A stretch of DNA of 64,000 nucleotides. Source: Bacillota bacterium. GTDB lineage: Bacteria; Bacillota; Sulfobacillia; Fermentithermobacillales; Fermentithermobacillaceae. The translations under genes and the position numbers were made by a program. Positions 43,970 to 53,032 of the stretch are shown one piece after another. The notes beneath the pieces were generated by a model. That model had not been told where the DNA came from and ran no database searches. It saw nothing but the letters and a program-made list of their open reading frames with translations. The DNA lies in NCBI GenBank assembly GCA_040766225.1, contig JAXGQX010000007.1:10446-74445 (forward strand), in the 5' to 3' direction. Position 1 is the first letter of the stretch. Each line of letters begins with the position of its first letter.

Positions 43970-44215
43970 TCACCGCCCGAGAAGGAGGACTAACAGAAGA
44001 ACGACTATTGCTCCCGCGAGGTTCAGGTGGAGCGTGAACCCTAACGACAGCGAGACCACGTTTAGATCCAACACAAACGGTGGCTGGACCCCTACCACAA
44101 ACCCCCTGGCCAGAACAGGCACAACATCCTTGAGAGCCTCGCCGACCACGCTTCCTACTATGGCGCCTGCCGTCAGAGCTATGACGAGCAACCACGTTCG
44201 AGTCTGTCTTCGCAT
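43970..44215 (-). CDS. DUF4321-like small membrane protein
   Basis: 81 aa: 'WLLVIALTAGAIVGSVVGEAL...PPFVLDLNVVSLSLGFTLHLNLAGAIVVLLLVLL'. It has the typical position upstream of maf-radC-mreB. Confidence 0.6.
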   Translation of the reverse strand: MRRQTRTWLLVIALTAGAIVGSVVGEALKDVVPVLARGFVVGVQPPFVLDLNVVSLSLGFTLHLNLAGAIVVLLLVLLLGR

Positions 44216-44327
44216 GAGACGTCCTCCCAGATTATACCATTATTTGTTCCCATCTTGTACCGGGTTCATTCGCCCGTTGGATCTTATTGTAGGGCTGACC
44301 TGCATCGTACAAGTATCCCTACCTGCA

Positions 44328-44356
44328 ATACTATTTGAACTCGAATTGGTCTACAA
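44328..44356 (-). promoter_or_regulatory. candidate sigma-A promoter for the DUF4321-maf-radC-mre operon
   Basis: Minus strand: TTGTAG (44356-44351), 17 nt, TAGTAT (44333-44328), about 110 nt upstream of the ATG at 44215. Confidence 0.25.
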
Positions 44357-44521
44357 GCCCTTCCTCACCATATTTCGGGATTCTACAGCGCAAATCGAGC
44401 CTATTTGCCATAGGCCCAAGGACCCGCATTGTATGGAAATTGCTGGGCATACCTTATCAGGCGTTTGATGCCGTACACAAGCAATTGACGTGGGAATGAC
44501 CCGGCCTGTTCCCCGAAAAGG

Positions 44522-44566
44522 GGGTAATAAAGAAGGCCGCCGAAAGAGCGTTTGTCTTTCGGCGGG
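44522..44566 (-). terminator. rho-independent terminator after rnfB
   Basis: 11-bp stem (44536-44565: GCCGCCGAAAGA / TCTTTCGGCGG). On the minus strand it is followed by CTTCTTTATTA. It lies 30 nt downstream of the rnfB stop. Confidence 0.7.
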
Positions 44567-44594
44567 TCTGTTCTTTCCGTGTCCTATCCGCAGT

Positions 44595-45401
44595 CTACGA
44601 TGCCTTTTCTTGAACCTTCTTCGGATGAGATATGGTCTTCACCGGGCACTTGGTAGAACAAATGCCGCAGTTGTCGCAGAGCGAGTAGTCGATCTTGGCC
44701 AAAGTGCCCTGATCCATCGAGATCGCCTTCTGCGGGCATGCCCTCACGCAAGCCGTACAGGCTATGCATCCAACCTTGCAGTACTTGCGGACCGCGGGCC
44801 CCCGGTCATAGGACCTGCATCGGACATGGACCTCTTTGTCGGCCGGAATTATGTCGATCACGCCTCTAGGACAGGCTTTGGCGCACGCGCCGCATCCGGT
44901 GCACTTCTCGGGAATCACCACGGGCAATCCCTTTTCGTTCATGTACATTGCCCCGAACTTGCAGGCCTTGACGCAAGAGCCTAGTCCTAGACATCCATAG
45001 GTGCATTCCTTGTTGCCCCCGAGCATGTTGAGCGCCAGGCAGTCGGTGATCCCGCTGTATTCGGCTGTTTTCACAGCCTGCTCGTTGTCTCCCTGGCAGT
45101 ACACCACAGCGATTTTGGGAGTGACCGCGCTAGCGGCGACCCCCAGAATCTCGGATATCTTTTCAGCTGTGGCGTTACCTCCCACAATACAACCGTTAAC
45201 CGGAGCTTTTCCTTCCGCAGCGGCTCCGGCGAAACCGGCGCAACCAGGATATCCACACCCACCGCAGTTCGCTCCCGGGAGGACCGAAATGATCGCTGCT
45301 ACTTTGGGATCCTCCAAGACTTTGAACTTCTGGGCAGCCAGTGCCAAGAGCACGCCGATGGCCAGTCCGGCCAGGCCAAGAAACAAGCCGGCTTCGAGCA
45401 T
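44595..45401 (-). CDS. rnfB: Rnf complex subunit B (polyferredoxin)
   Basis: N-terminal anchor, 'LPGANCGGCGYPGCAGFA', then several CxxCxxCxxxCP motifs. Confidence 0.9.
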   Translation of the reverse strand: MLEAGLFLGLAGLAIGVLLALAAQKFKVLEDPKVAAIISVLPGANCGGCGYPGCAGFAGAAAEGKAPVNGCIVGGNATAEKISEILGVAASAVTPKIAVVYCQGDNEQAVKTAEYSGITDCLALNMLGGNKECTYGCLGLGSCVKACKFGAMYMNEKGLPVVIPEKCTGCGACAKACPRGVIDIIPADKEVHVRCRSYDRGPAVRKYCKVGCIACTACVRACPQKAISMDQGTLAKIDYSLCDNCGICSTKCPVKTISHPKKVQEKAS

Positions 45402-45414
45402 TTCGATATCCCCC

Positions 45415-46008
45415 CTACTTGATCACGTTTGCGAACAATCTGGAAAACCCCTGAAAGGCCAGGGCCATCAAAGACGTTGACACCAACGCCAAGGGGAAGC
45501 CTTTGAGCGTTCCAGGTATATTCATGAACTTCCATCTCTCGCGGATACCGGCGAATATGATGATCGCCACGCTCCAGCCCAGTGCTCCCGCGAGTCCGTT
45601 GACGGTTCCCCACAATACGCCCATTTCCTGACGGGCGTTTAGGAGAGCGACGCCCAACACGGCGCAGTTGGTCGTTATGAGCGGAAGGTAGATGCCCAAA
45701 GACTTGTACAAAGAGGGCGCCACCTTCTTCATGAATATCTCGACCAGCTGAACGAAACCGGCTATGACCAGGATATAAGCGATAGTCCTCATATACTCAA
45801 GGTGCAACGGCACCAAGATGAACTGCTCGAACGCCGCGGCCACGGTCGAGGCGAAGGTCATCACGAAGATGACCGCGCCGGACATGCCGAGCGCCGTGTC
45901 CATCTGCTCCGACAGCCCGAGAAAAGGGCACAGTCCGAGATACTGCATGAAGACGAAGTTCTGGACCAGTATGCCCCCGAGCATTATCGAGATGAATTTC
46001 AAGGTCAT
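45415..46008 (-). CDS. rnfA: Rnf complex subunit A
   Basis: 'NFVFMQYLGLCPFLG' and 'GIYLPLITTNCAVLGVAL'. 197 aa. Confidence 0.9.
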   Translation of the reverse strand: MTLKFISIMLGGILVQNFVFMQYLGLCPFLGLSEQMDTALGMSGAVIFVMTFASTVAAAFEQFILVPLHLEYMRTIAYILVIAGFVQLVEIFMKKVAPSLYKSLGIYLPLITTNCAVLGVALLNARQEMGVLWGTVNGLAGALGWSVAIIIFAGIRERWKFMNIPGTLKGFPLALVSTSLMALAFQGFSRLFANVIK

Positions 46009-46018
46009 CCCTCCGTAG

Positions 46019-46639
46019 TTACGCCTTCTTTTGCGCCGACCTAAGCACGGCGATGTTCAATGCCGCCATTAGGAGGCCAAGAGTCATGAACCCTCCCGGA
46101 GGCGTCAGCATTACCACTAGGGGCTCAAACAGTCTCACGCTGGGAAACACTAAGGAACCCACAGCGATTTGACCCGTCCCCAGAAACTCCCTGATACCGC
46201 CGATGATCATCAAGTTGCAGGTGTAGCCCGCACCGATGCCGAGCCCGTCCAAGAGAGAACGAAAAACGGGCTCTCTATAGGCAAACGCTTCAGCCCGGGC
46301 GATGATGATGCAGTTCACCACGATGAGCGGCACAAACACGCCCAGGATGTTGTACATCGCGGGCAGGTAAGCCCTCATCACAAGTTCCACGATAACCACC
46401 GGAGTGGCTATCAAAATGACGAAAATGGGTATGCGAATCCCATCGGGAATCACTTTCCTAAGCGCCGACACGCACACGTTGGAGAAGGCCAACACGAAGA
46501 TCACTGCCAGCCCCATCCAGAACCCGTTTTTCACCGAAGTAGTGACCGCCAGAGTGGGGCACATTCCGATGACCATACGAAACGTGGCGTTCTCCTCTAT
46601 GAATCCCTTTGTAAACTCCTGCAATAGAGACCTTTTCAC
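46019..46639 (-). CDS. rnfE: Rnf complex subunit E
   Basis: 'EENATFRMVIGMCPTLAVTTS' and 'GVFVPLIVVNCIIIARAEAFA'. The GTG start is 7 nt after the rnfD stop. Confidence 0.9.
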   Translation of the reverse strand: MKRSLLQEFTKGFIEENATFRMVIGMCPTLAVTTSVKNGFWMGLAVIFVLAFSNVCVSALRKVIPDGIRIPIFVILIATPVVIVELVMRAYLPAMYNILGVFVPLIVVNCIIIARAEAFAYREPVFRSLLDGLGIGAGYTCNLMIIGGIREFLGTGQIAVGSLVFPSVRLFEPLVVMLTPPGGFMTLGLLMAALNIAVLRSAQKKA

Positions 46640-46646
46640 TCTGAAC

Positions 46647-47630
46647 TCACCTCTTCCCTTCGGCTTCCTTTCGAGCCTTCACGTCATGCGCGTATCCGTA
46701 ATATTTAGGCGCCACGAACCGGTCTATGATGGGCGTCATTAGGTTCATAAACAATATCCCGTAGGTCACGCCTTCCGGGTACCCTCCCCATAGCCTAATA
46801 AGGAGCGTCACGAAACCCGCGCCGATACCGAATATCAACCGCCCTTTCGGCGTCACCGGCGACGTCACGTAATCTGTCGCCATGAAGAACGCTCCCAGAA
46901 CCGCGCCTCCCAGGAGGATGGCGCTGAGCCCGTCACCATGGAACAGCTCTCCGGGCTTTCCGAAAATCCACGTGCCTACGAAAAGAGTCCCCAAGAACCC
47001 AACCGGCGTCCTCCAGTCGATTACTTTCCCAACCAGGAGGAACAGTCCGCCCAAGAGCAACAGGATGATCGAGGTCTCCCCCAAAGACCCCGCCCTTTTG
47101 CCCACGAAAAGGTCCCACAGTCCCGGAATATTGGTCCCGCCGCCCTTTAGCACCGCCAAGGGAGTGGGTGAAGATACCGCGTCATAAGTCAAGGGATTAA
47201 GCCACGCGCCGGCCACGCTCATAGGCCAAGCCGCGAGAACAAAAGCCCTGCCCGCCAAAGCGGGATTCACAAAGTTAAAGCCCAATCCGCCGAATATTTG
47301 CTTTCCTATCACGATAGCGAAAGCCGAACCTACCGCCGGAACATACAAAGGCACCCCGGGGGGAAGCGTCATAGCCAAAAGCATGCCGGTAATGACCGCC
47401 GAACCATCCCCAACCGTGATCTCCTGTTTGGTCGCGCGCTGCCACAAAGCTTCTGCCACCACGGCGGAAACCACCGAGGTGATAAGGATTAGGAGCGCGT
47501 TGGTTCCGAACAACACTACTGCCCCCACGCAGGCAGGCAGGAGCGACATTACAACGCCGAACATTACTCCCTTTACCGTCCGAGGACTCTTTATATGGGG
47601 AGACGGCGTTATGATAAGTTTCTCTCCCAT
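46647..47630 (-). CDS. rnfD: Rnf complex subunit D
   Basis: 'SPHIKSPRTV', 'DAVSSPTPLAVLK' (FMN-threonine region) and 'FFMATDYVTSP'. 327 aa. Confidence 0.9.
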   Translation of the reverse strand: MGEKLIITPSPHIKSPRTVKGVMFGVVMSLLPACVGAVVLFGTNALLILITSVVSAVVAEALWQRATKQEITVGDGSAVITGMLLAMTLPPGVPLYVPAVGSAFAIVIGKQIFGGLGFNFVNPALAGRAFVLAAWPMSVAGAWLNPLTYDAVSSPTPLAVLKGGGTNIPGLWDLFVGKRAGSLGETSIILLLLGGLFLLVGKVIDWRTPVGFLGTLFVGTWIFGKPGELFHGDGLSAILLGGAVLGAFFMATDYVTSPVTPKGRLIFGIGAGFVTLLIRLWGGYPEGVTYGILFMNLMTPIIDRFVAPKYYGYAHDVKARKEAEGKR

Positions 47631-47660
47631 CCGTTACCCTCCGTCCTTCGATTCCGCCGG

Positions 47661-49015
47661 CTACTTTTTGGCAGCCAAAGCCCTGCGCCTGGCCGTGATT
47701 CTAGACTTGGCCAACTTAATGGACTGCACCAGGGGCCTCTTGGATGGACACTGGTAGGAGCATGCTCCGCACTCTATGCAATCCATTGCCCGGTACTTCT
47801 CGGCTTCTTCCAGGTAATCCCCGTCCGAACAGGCAGCGATCCAGAGCGGCAGAAGCCGCATGGGGCACGCCTCGACGCACCTACCGCACTTGATGCACGG
47901 CAGGACTTTTCGGGCTTTACCTGCCCTTTGTCTAGCACCACAAGACCCGACGTCCCCTTGACTATGGCGGAATTCAGATCCTTGATGGAAGTGCCCATCA
48001 TCGGCCCTCCCATGACTATCTTCCCGACAGATCCCGAAAACCCGCCGGCCAGTTCAAGAAGGTGTGAAACCGGAGTTCCAATGAGCGCCCGGAAGTTCTG
48101 GGGGGTCTTTATCCCCTCTCCGGTGACGGTGACTATGCGCTCTACCAGCGGGAGCCCCTTCAACACAGCTTGTGCCATCGAGTACGCCGTGCCTACGTTT
48201 GAGACGATAACGCCGACATCCAGGGGCAATCCCGGAGGCGGCGGGACTTCCCGACCCAAGACGATCTCTATGAGCTGCTTCTCTCCACCCCGCGGGTAGC
48301 AAGATGGCACCACAGCCAGTTCGAGCTCGGCAAAAGGCTTTACGGCTTCCCGCATGGCCTCTATAGCCTCAGGCTTGTTGTCCTCTATGCAAACGATCCC
48401 CCGCCTTACTCCTGACGCCTTCATGAGGGCCCTGAACCCAAAGACCACATCATGGGGCTCCTCGACCATGATCCTGTCATCGGCGGTCAAGTAAGGCTCG
48501 CACTCGATACCGTTCAAAAGATAGGTATCTATGGGCTTAGCCGGTGGCGGCGTCAGTTTCACCGCTGTGGGAAACGCCGCGCCTCCCAACCCGACCAACC
48601 CGCACTCCCGGGCCAGAGCCACCAAGTCCTCCTTGGTGATGTCCTCCAGGGCGCTCGCTCTTGGCTTCACCGACTCGTCCAACTCGTTCAAACCGTCGGG
48701 CTCCAAAACGATGGCCTGGCACAACCTGCCCTGTACCGGGTGATAGCGTGCTTCAACCGCCTTCACCTTGCCGGACGTGGGAGCGTGTATGGCGGCGCTT
48801 ACCGCGCCTTGGGGCGAAGCCACCATTTGCCCCCTCTTTACCAAATCGCCGGCCTTTACCAAGGCGCTTGCGGGAGCGCCTGTGTGCTGCGATAGAAAGA
48901 GCGTAAGCTCGTTGGGGAGGCCCGCGTCAACGATTTTCGCCGACGATGACAACTCCTTCTTGTCGGGGACCGCTACCCCGCCAAAACCGCGTTCAGGTTG
49001 ACCAACGCACACCAC
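47661..49015 (-). CDS. rnfC: Rnf complex subunit C; single frame break at the A-run 47907-47910
   Basis: 'LSQHTGAPA', 'GLVGLGGAAFPT' and 'LLNGIECEPYLTAD'. After the break the frame reads 'VLPCIKCGRCVEACPMRLLPLW...CIECGACSYQCPS' through to the stop at 47661. Confidence 0.88.
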
Positions 49016-49060
49016 CTCATCGCACTTTTTCAGGTGTTTGTTTCATACGGCACAACCCAC

Positions 49061-49090
49061 ATTTTAGCCTTTGGAGCAGCATTCCGTCAA
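49061..49090 (-). promoter_or_regulatory. candidate sigma-A promoter of the rnf operon
   Basis: Minus strand: TTGACG (49090-49085), 18 nt, TAAAAT (49066-49061), about 45 nt upstream of the rnfC start. Confidence 0.4.
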
Positions 49091-49158
49091 ACTGTTCGCC
49101 ATTTTGAGCAATTGTGCGAAGGTAGTGGTTCCATTCACAAAGACTTGGGGTTTGGGAG

Positions 49159-50517
49159 TTAGGACTTCATGCGCCTGTTGGAGGGCTGAATGCCAAGATT
49201 GGCGCGGTATTTGGCGACGGTTCGGCGGGCTATCTTCACTCCGGACCGGGATAGTACTTCCGCGATGTCCTGGTCGGAGAGGGGTTTCTGAGGATCCTCG
49301 TGGAGCACCAACTCTTGAATCCGTTTCTTTACGGCGTACTGGGAGACATCTTCTTCTTGTGACCCTACCCTGGGACTGAAGAACATCTTACACGGAAACG
49401 TCCCGAACGGAGTCCCTATGTATTTGTTTGATACGGAACGACTGACAGTTGACTCATGGATAGAAAGCTCGGAAGCTATCTCTCTCATGGTGAGAGGGCA
49501 CACCTGGTTATGGCCCTCGACGAAGAAACGTCTCTGATGAGCCACCATGGAGCTCACTACCCGCAGGACCGTGCTGCGCCTCTCCTCGATGCTGTTCATG
49601 AGGCTCCTGGCTCTGTGAAGGCGGTCTTGAAGGTAGGACCGGGCGTCAAGGTCTCCCGACTCGAGAAGTCTAATGTAGTAGGTATTACAACGGACAGATG
49701 GGACTGCCTTATCGTTGTAACGGACGCGGATCTGGTCCCCGTCTCGCTCCACCAACACATCCGGAACCACGTAAGCCGGTTTATCGACAGAAAACTGAGA
49801 TCCGGGCTTTGGGTCCAGACTTAGCACGATCTCTCGCGCGCTCAACACGTCTTTGAGACGGACGCGCTCTTCGTTGGCGATCTTCTTGTACCGGCCGGCT
49901 CCGAGGTCCTCTAGGTGTCTCTCTATGACGGCCAAGGCCAATGGCCCTAACGCCTTGGCTTTGGCCTGGATCAAGAGGCATTCCTTGAGGCTTCTCGCCC
50001 CAACCCCGGGCGGATCCAGCGTGCGGACGATGTCCGCTACCCTGGACACCAATTGGACCGGAAGTCCGGATGACAAAGCGATCCCATCTTCGCCAAGAAC
50101 CAGATATCCGTTGTCGTCTATGTTGCCGACAACGTACTCGGCGGCTTCATATTCCCTCTGAGTCAACGGGATCAGACCTAGTTGAGACAACAGGTGCCTT
50201 CTTAGGCTGACGCGGGTTTCGATGAACCTCTCGTATGCGGGGGAGTATCCCTCGTCTCTTGCGGGACGCGATGCCGTGTACGGCAGATCTTGGTACTGCG
50301 GGTAGTATTCATCATCGGCGCGTTCGGATAGATCCGGAAGTGTCTCATCCCGGCTCTCCTCTTGGACCTCAAGAAGCGGGTTATCTTCCGCTTGAGTTCT
50401 CAAGAACTCGGTCAACTCGAGGGCGTTCATTTGCAGAACCATAATGGCCTGGCGCAACTCGGGCGTAAGGCTAAGCCTCTGGCTCTGCACCAACTGCAAA
50501 CCATAGCCGGGCTTCAT
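49159..50517 (-). CDS. rpoN: RNA polymerase sigma-54 factor
   Basis: 'LQLVQSQRLSLTPELRQAI' (region I) and the RpoN box 'ARRTVAKYRANLGI'. 452 aa. Confidence 0.93.
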   Translation of the reverse strand: MKPGYGLQLVQSQRLSLTPELRQAIMVLQMNALELTEFLRTQAEDNPLLEVQEESRDETLPDLSERADDEYYPQYQDLPYTASRPARDEGYSPAYERFIETRVSLRRHLLSQLGLIPLTQREYEAAEYVVGNIDDNGYLVLGEDGIALSSGLPVQLVSRVADIVRTLDPPGVGARSLKECLLIQAKAKALGPLALAVIERHLEDLGAGRYKKIANEERVRLKDVLSAREIVLSLDPKPGSQFSVDKPAYVVPDVLVERDGDQIRVRYNDKAVPSVRCNTYYIRLLESGDLDARSYLQDRLHRARSLMNSIEERRSTVLRVVSSMVAHQRRFFVEGHNQVCPLTMREIASELSIHESTVSRSVSNKYIGTPFGTFPCKMFFSPRVGSQEEDVSQYAVKKRIQELVLHEDPQKPLSDQDIAEVLSRSGVKIARRTVAKYRANLGIQPSNRRMKS

Positions 50518-50575
50518 CTTCTCCCCCTTCCTCAGATCTATTTCAACCCAACTTGTCTCTTGCCTCTTTCGCTAC

Positions 50576-51436
50576 TTATTCCAGGCTGATTTTCTTGGTG
50601 GATATGTCGACCCTTTCCAGGTATATCCCGGTCTGGTATTCAAGCTTCTCCTTGAGAGCCCTCTGGACCGCCGCCATTACCTCGAAAACCTTGGATCCGT
50701 AGTTCTGATCCAGTTCCACGTCTATGATGGTCCCTTCACCCGTAGCCAGCACCATGACCTTGAGGACGCGTTTCACTCCCGGAATCTCCATGCAGATCCT
50801 CCCGGCGATCTGCATCACCACCGCATCGGCGATGTAGAAGTGACCGAAGTAGCTGTAGGTTGGCCTAACCACCGACCTTTCGGCGGCGACGAACCGTTGT
50901 TCTCTGGACCTGATGAACATCTGAAGCGGGTCCACCAAGTACCCCGAAAAGGTCTTCTTGACTTCAAAAGCAGGGGCAGGGATCACATGCTTCCCTTCCT
51001 GGCGTCTTTGCCACAATGCCCTGTCGATCTCGTCTCCGGAAGCTAAGTCCTTAATGTTGACGTACTCAAGCGGCCGCGGAAGCCCCAGTCGGGATGCTAT
51101 CCTGTCGACCATGGTCATAGACGTACCCAAGACCAGGAGCCTGGAAGGAGACAACTCCGAAAGAGCGTCCCTAACCTCAAGGACATGACCGGGCGACGAG
51201 AAAATCGCCCTCCGAATAGCCGCGGTCTTTGTGTCTTCCCTCTTGGCGGACCTTCCGGCCAAGATCCTGGATCCGGCTATGAGGAGACCGTCATCGATTA
51301 GAGCATCACAGCCCCATTCCTGGGCGACGGCCATGGCCCTGTGCGACTTGCCCGTTCCGCTGGGACCCACAAGGGCGATGACCTCTATCCCATCCAAAGA
51401 GCCGTCCTTGCTTACTTCCTTCCCCTGAAAAACCAC
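50576..51436 (-). CDS. P-loop ATPase (HprK-C-like Walker A region) fused to Asp23/Gls24-family domain
   Basis: 'IALVGPSGTGKSHRAMAVAQEWGCDALIDDGLLI' and the C-terminal 'FYIADAVVMQIAGRICMEIPGVKRV...VELDQNYGSKVFEVMAAVQRALKEKLEYQTGIYLERVDISTKKI'. Confidence 0.6.
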   Translation of the reverse strand: MVFQGKEVSKDGSLDGIEVIALVGPSGTGKSHRAMAVAQEWGCDALIDDGLLIAGSRILAGRSAKREDTKTAAIRRAIFSSPGHVLEVRDALSELSPSRLLVLGTSMTMVDRIASRLGLPRPLEYVNIKDLASGDEIDRALWQRRQEGKHVIPAPAFEVKKTFSGYLVDPLQMFIRSREQRFVAAERSVVRPTYSYFGHFYIADAVVMQIAGRICMEIPGVKRVLKVMVLATGEGTIIDVELDQNYGSKVFEVMAAVQRALKEKLEYQTGIYLERVDISTKKISLE

Positions 51437-52884
51437 GAACGTGCTCCCTTCTTGGCTTTGTCTTCTCCCCCTGTGCCGGCCTTGTTCGCATCAGCTGACG
51501 GAGCTTGGGTTTCTTCCTTGACAAAGCTTTTGACCAACCCCAAAGCCTTCTGTTCTTCCTCGCTTCGAGAAGCCTTCTGTGCGGTCTGGATAAGTTCGGG
51601 CCAGACCGACCTCGCGATAAATCCCCCGTTGGCCAGCGCGAAGTTGGGATCGTGCTTCATTGACAGGACCCAACTTTGCACGCCCTCTTTGCCCTTACCT
51701 TGGGCTAGGAGCGTCGCGCCCCGAAGAAGCTCGGCGGCGGACTGAACGTAACGTTTGTCTTGGACATCGCCCGTTTCACCAAGTCTCTTACTGAGGTGCT
51801 CAATGATCTGCAGCGACTGAGGGTAATCTCCTTTTCGGAAAAACAACTCGCCCAGAGCCAAATCCGGTTCGACCGACCCCGGTTCGATCCTCTTAACCTG
51901 AAGCCAGTGGGAAATCGCCATATCGTAGTCACCGTCCATGACCGCCAGCGTTGCCAAATTGCGATGGGCCATGACGTATCCGGGATCTTGTGTTATGCAC
52001 TTTTGCCACAACTCGATGGCTTCTTCTTTTTCGCCTTTCTGAAAGTGAGCTAATCCCAAGTTATACATAGCCCCGATTTCGTCGGGACTCAGTTCCAGCG
52101 CTTTTTGCCAACTCGCCATGGCTTCGTCGATGTTGCCCGCGGAGATCTGTGCCTCGCCTAAAGTGGTGAGGGTTGACGCGTTCTCGGGCTCCAAATCCGA
52201 GGCTTTCCTCAAATAGGCCACTGCTTTGTCCATATGTTTTAGGCCCAGGTTGCACAGCCCAAGGTTGTAGAAAAGCCCGGGGTTTTGCGAACCCAGTTTT
52301 TCGGCTCTTGAGAGATACTCCGAAGCCTTCTCGTAGTCTCTCTTGTCGGTAAACGCGGCGCCTAGATTATGAAGGGCCTGAAGGTTTGCCGGGTCAACTT
52401 CCAGCGCCTTGGTCCATTCGCTTACAGCGTCGTCGGGCCGTCTGGCGGCGATGTACAACTCGCCCAGCTGCATCCTGGCCAGAACATTATTGGGGGTAAG
52501 TTCTCGCGCTTTCTCCGTCTCTAGGAGCGCACGCGGCAGATCGCCTTTCAAAGCGTAGACCTTCCCCAAGAAATAGTGGGCGGGCCCGTGCTTCTCGTCT
52601 AGTTGGACCGTCTTTTCCAAGTATTCCAAAGCCTTCTCGATGTCGCCCTGGTCCGCGCTCAGGATACCGTAGTAATAGTGGGCATCTACGTTTCCATTAT
52701 CCGCCTCGATAACGTGAGAGAGCTCTTCTGATGCCCTATCCGCCCTACCCAGCTTCATGTAGGACAAAGCGAGTTGGAGCCGGGCGCCCATGTCTTTGGG
52801 CCTGGCTTTAACCTCTCTCTCAAGGTTCTTCACTATCTCTCGGAGGGACTTCTCATCCATCGCCACTTCGAGACCCCCACTCAA
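51412..52884 (-). CDS. tetratricopeptide (TPR) repeat protein
   Basis: About 10 TPR units (recurrent 'A...Y.LG..Y...G....A...Y.KAL.L.P') and a Lys-rich tail. The start may be the ATG at 52860. Confidence 0.8.
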   Translation of the reverse strand: MSGGLEVAMDEKSLREIVKNLEREVKARPKDMGARLQLALSYMKLGRADRASEELSHVIEADNGNVDAHYYYGILSADQGDIEKALEYLEKTVQLDEKHGPAHYFLGKVYALKGDLPRALLETEKARELTPNNVLARMQLGELYIAARRPDDAVSEWTKALEVDPANLQALHNLGAAFTDKRDYEKASEYLSRAEKLGSQNPGLFYNLGLCNLGLKHMDKAVAYLRKASDLEPENASTLTTLGEAQISAGNIDEAMASWQKALELSPDEIGAMYNLGLAHFQKGEKEEAIELWQKCITQDPGYVMAHRNLATLAVMDGDYDMAISHWLQVKRIEPGSVEPDLALGELFFRKGDYPQSLQIIEHLSKRLGETGDVQDKRYVQSAAELLRGATLLAQGKGKEGVQSWVLSMKHDPNFALANGGFIARSVWPELIQTAQKASRSEEEQKALGLVKSFVKEETQAPSADANKAGTGGEDKAKKGARSWFFRGRK

Positions 52885-52965
52885 CCCTGATTTGACACAA
52901 CACTAGATTTCGCCTACTAGATGTATAATACCTCCCGAAAACCCCGTTCTCCATACGCCTATCCC

Positions 52966-53002
52966 TTGACTTGGGATTAATCCTACTATAATAATAGGAT
53001 TA
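52966..53002 (+). promoter_or_regulatory. promoter-like elements with a perfect 8-bp inverted repeat; candidate Rrf2 operator
   Basis: TTGACT (52966-52971) and TATAAT (52987-52992) are separated by only 15 nt. The inverted repeat TAATCCTA (52978-52985) / TAGGATTA (52995-53002) brackets the -10 element, about 30 nt upstream of the Rrf2 gene. Confidence 0.4.
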
Positions 53003-53032
53003 GAAACGATAAGGAAGAAGGGAGGCGGCCAG

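Noticed and set aside
44222-44240. Extended -10 box (TGgTATAAT, 44231-44239 on the minus strand) just upstream of the DUF4321 gene.
   Set aside because: It lies only 2 nt from the GGGAGG ribosome-binding site. A transcript starting there would lack the RBS. The weaker promoter at 44328-44356 fits better.
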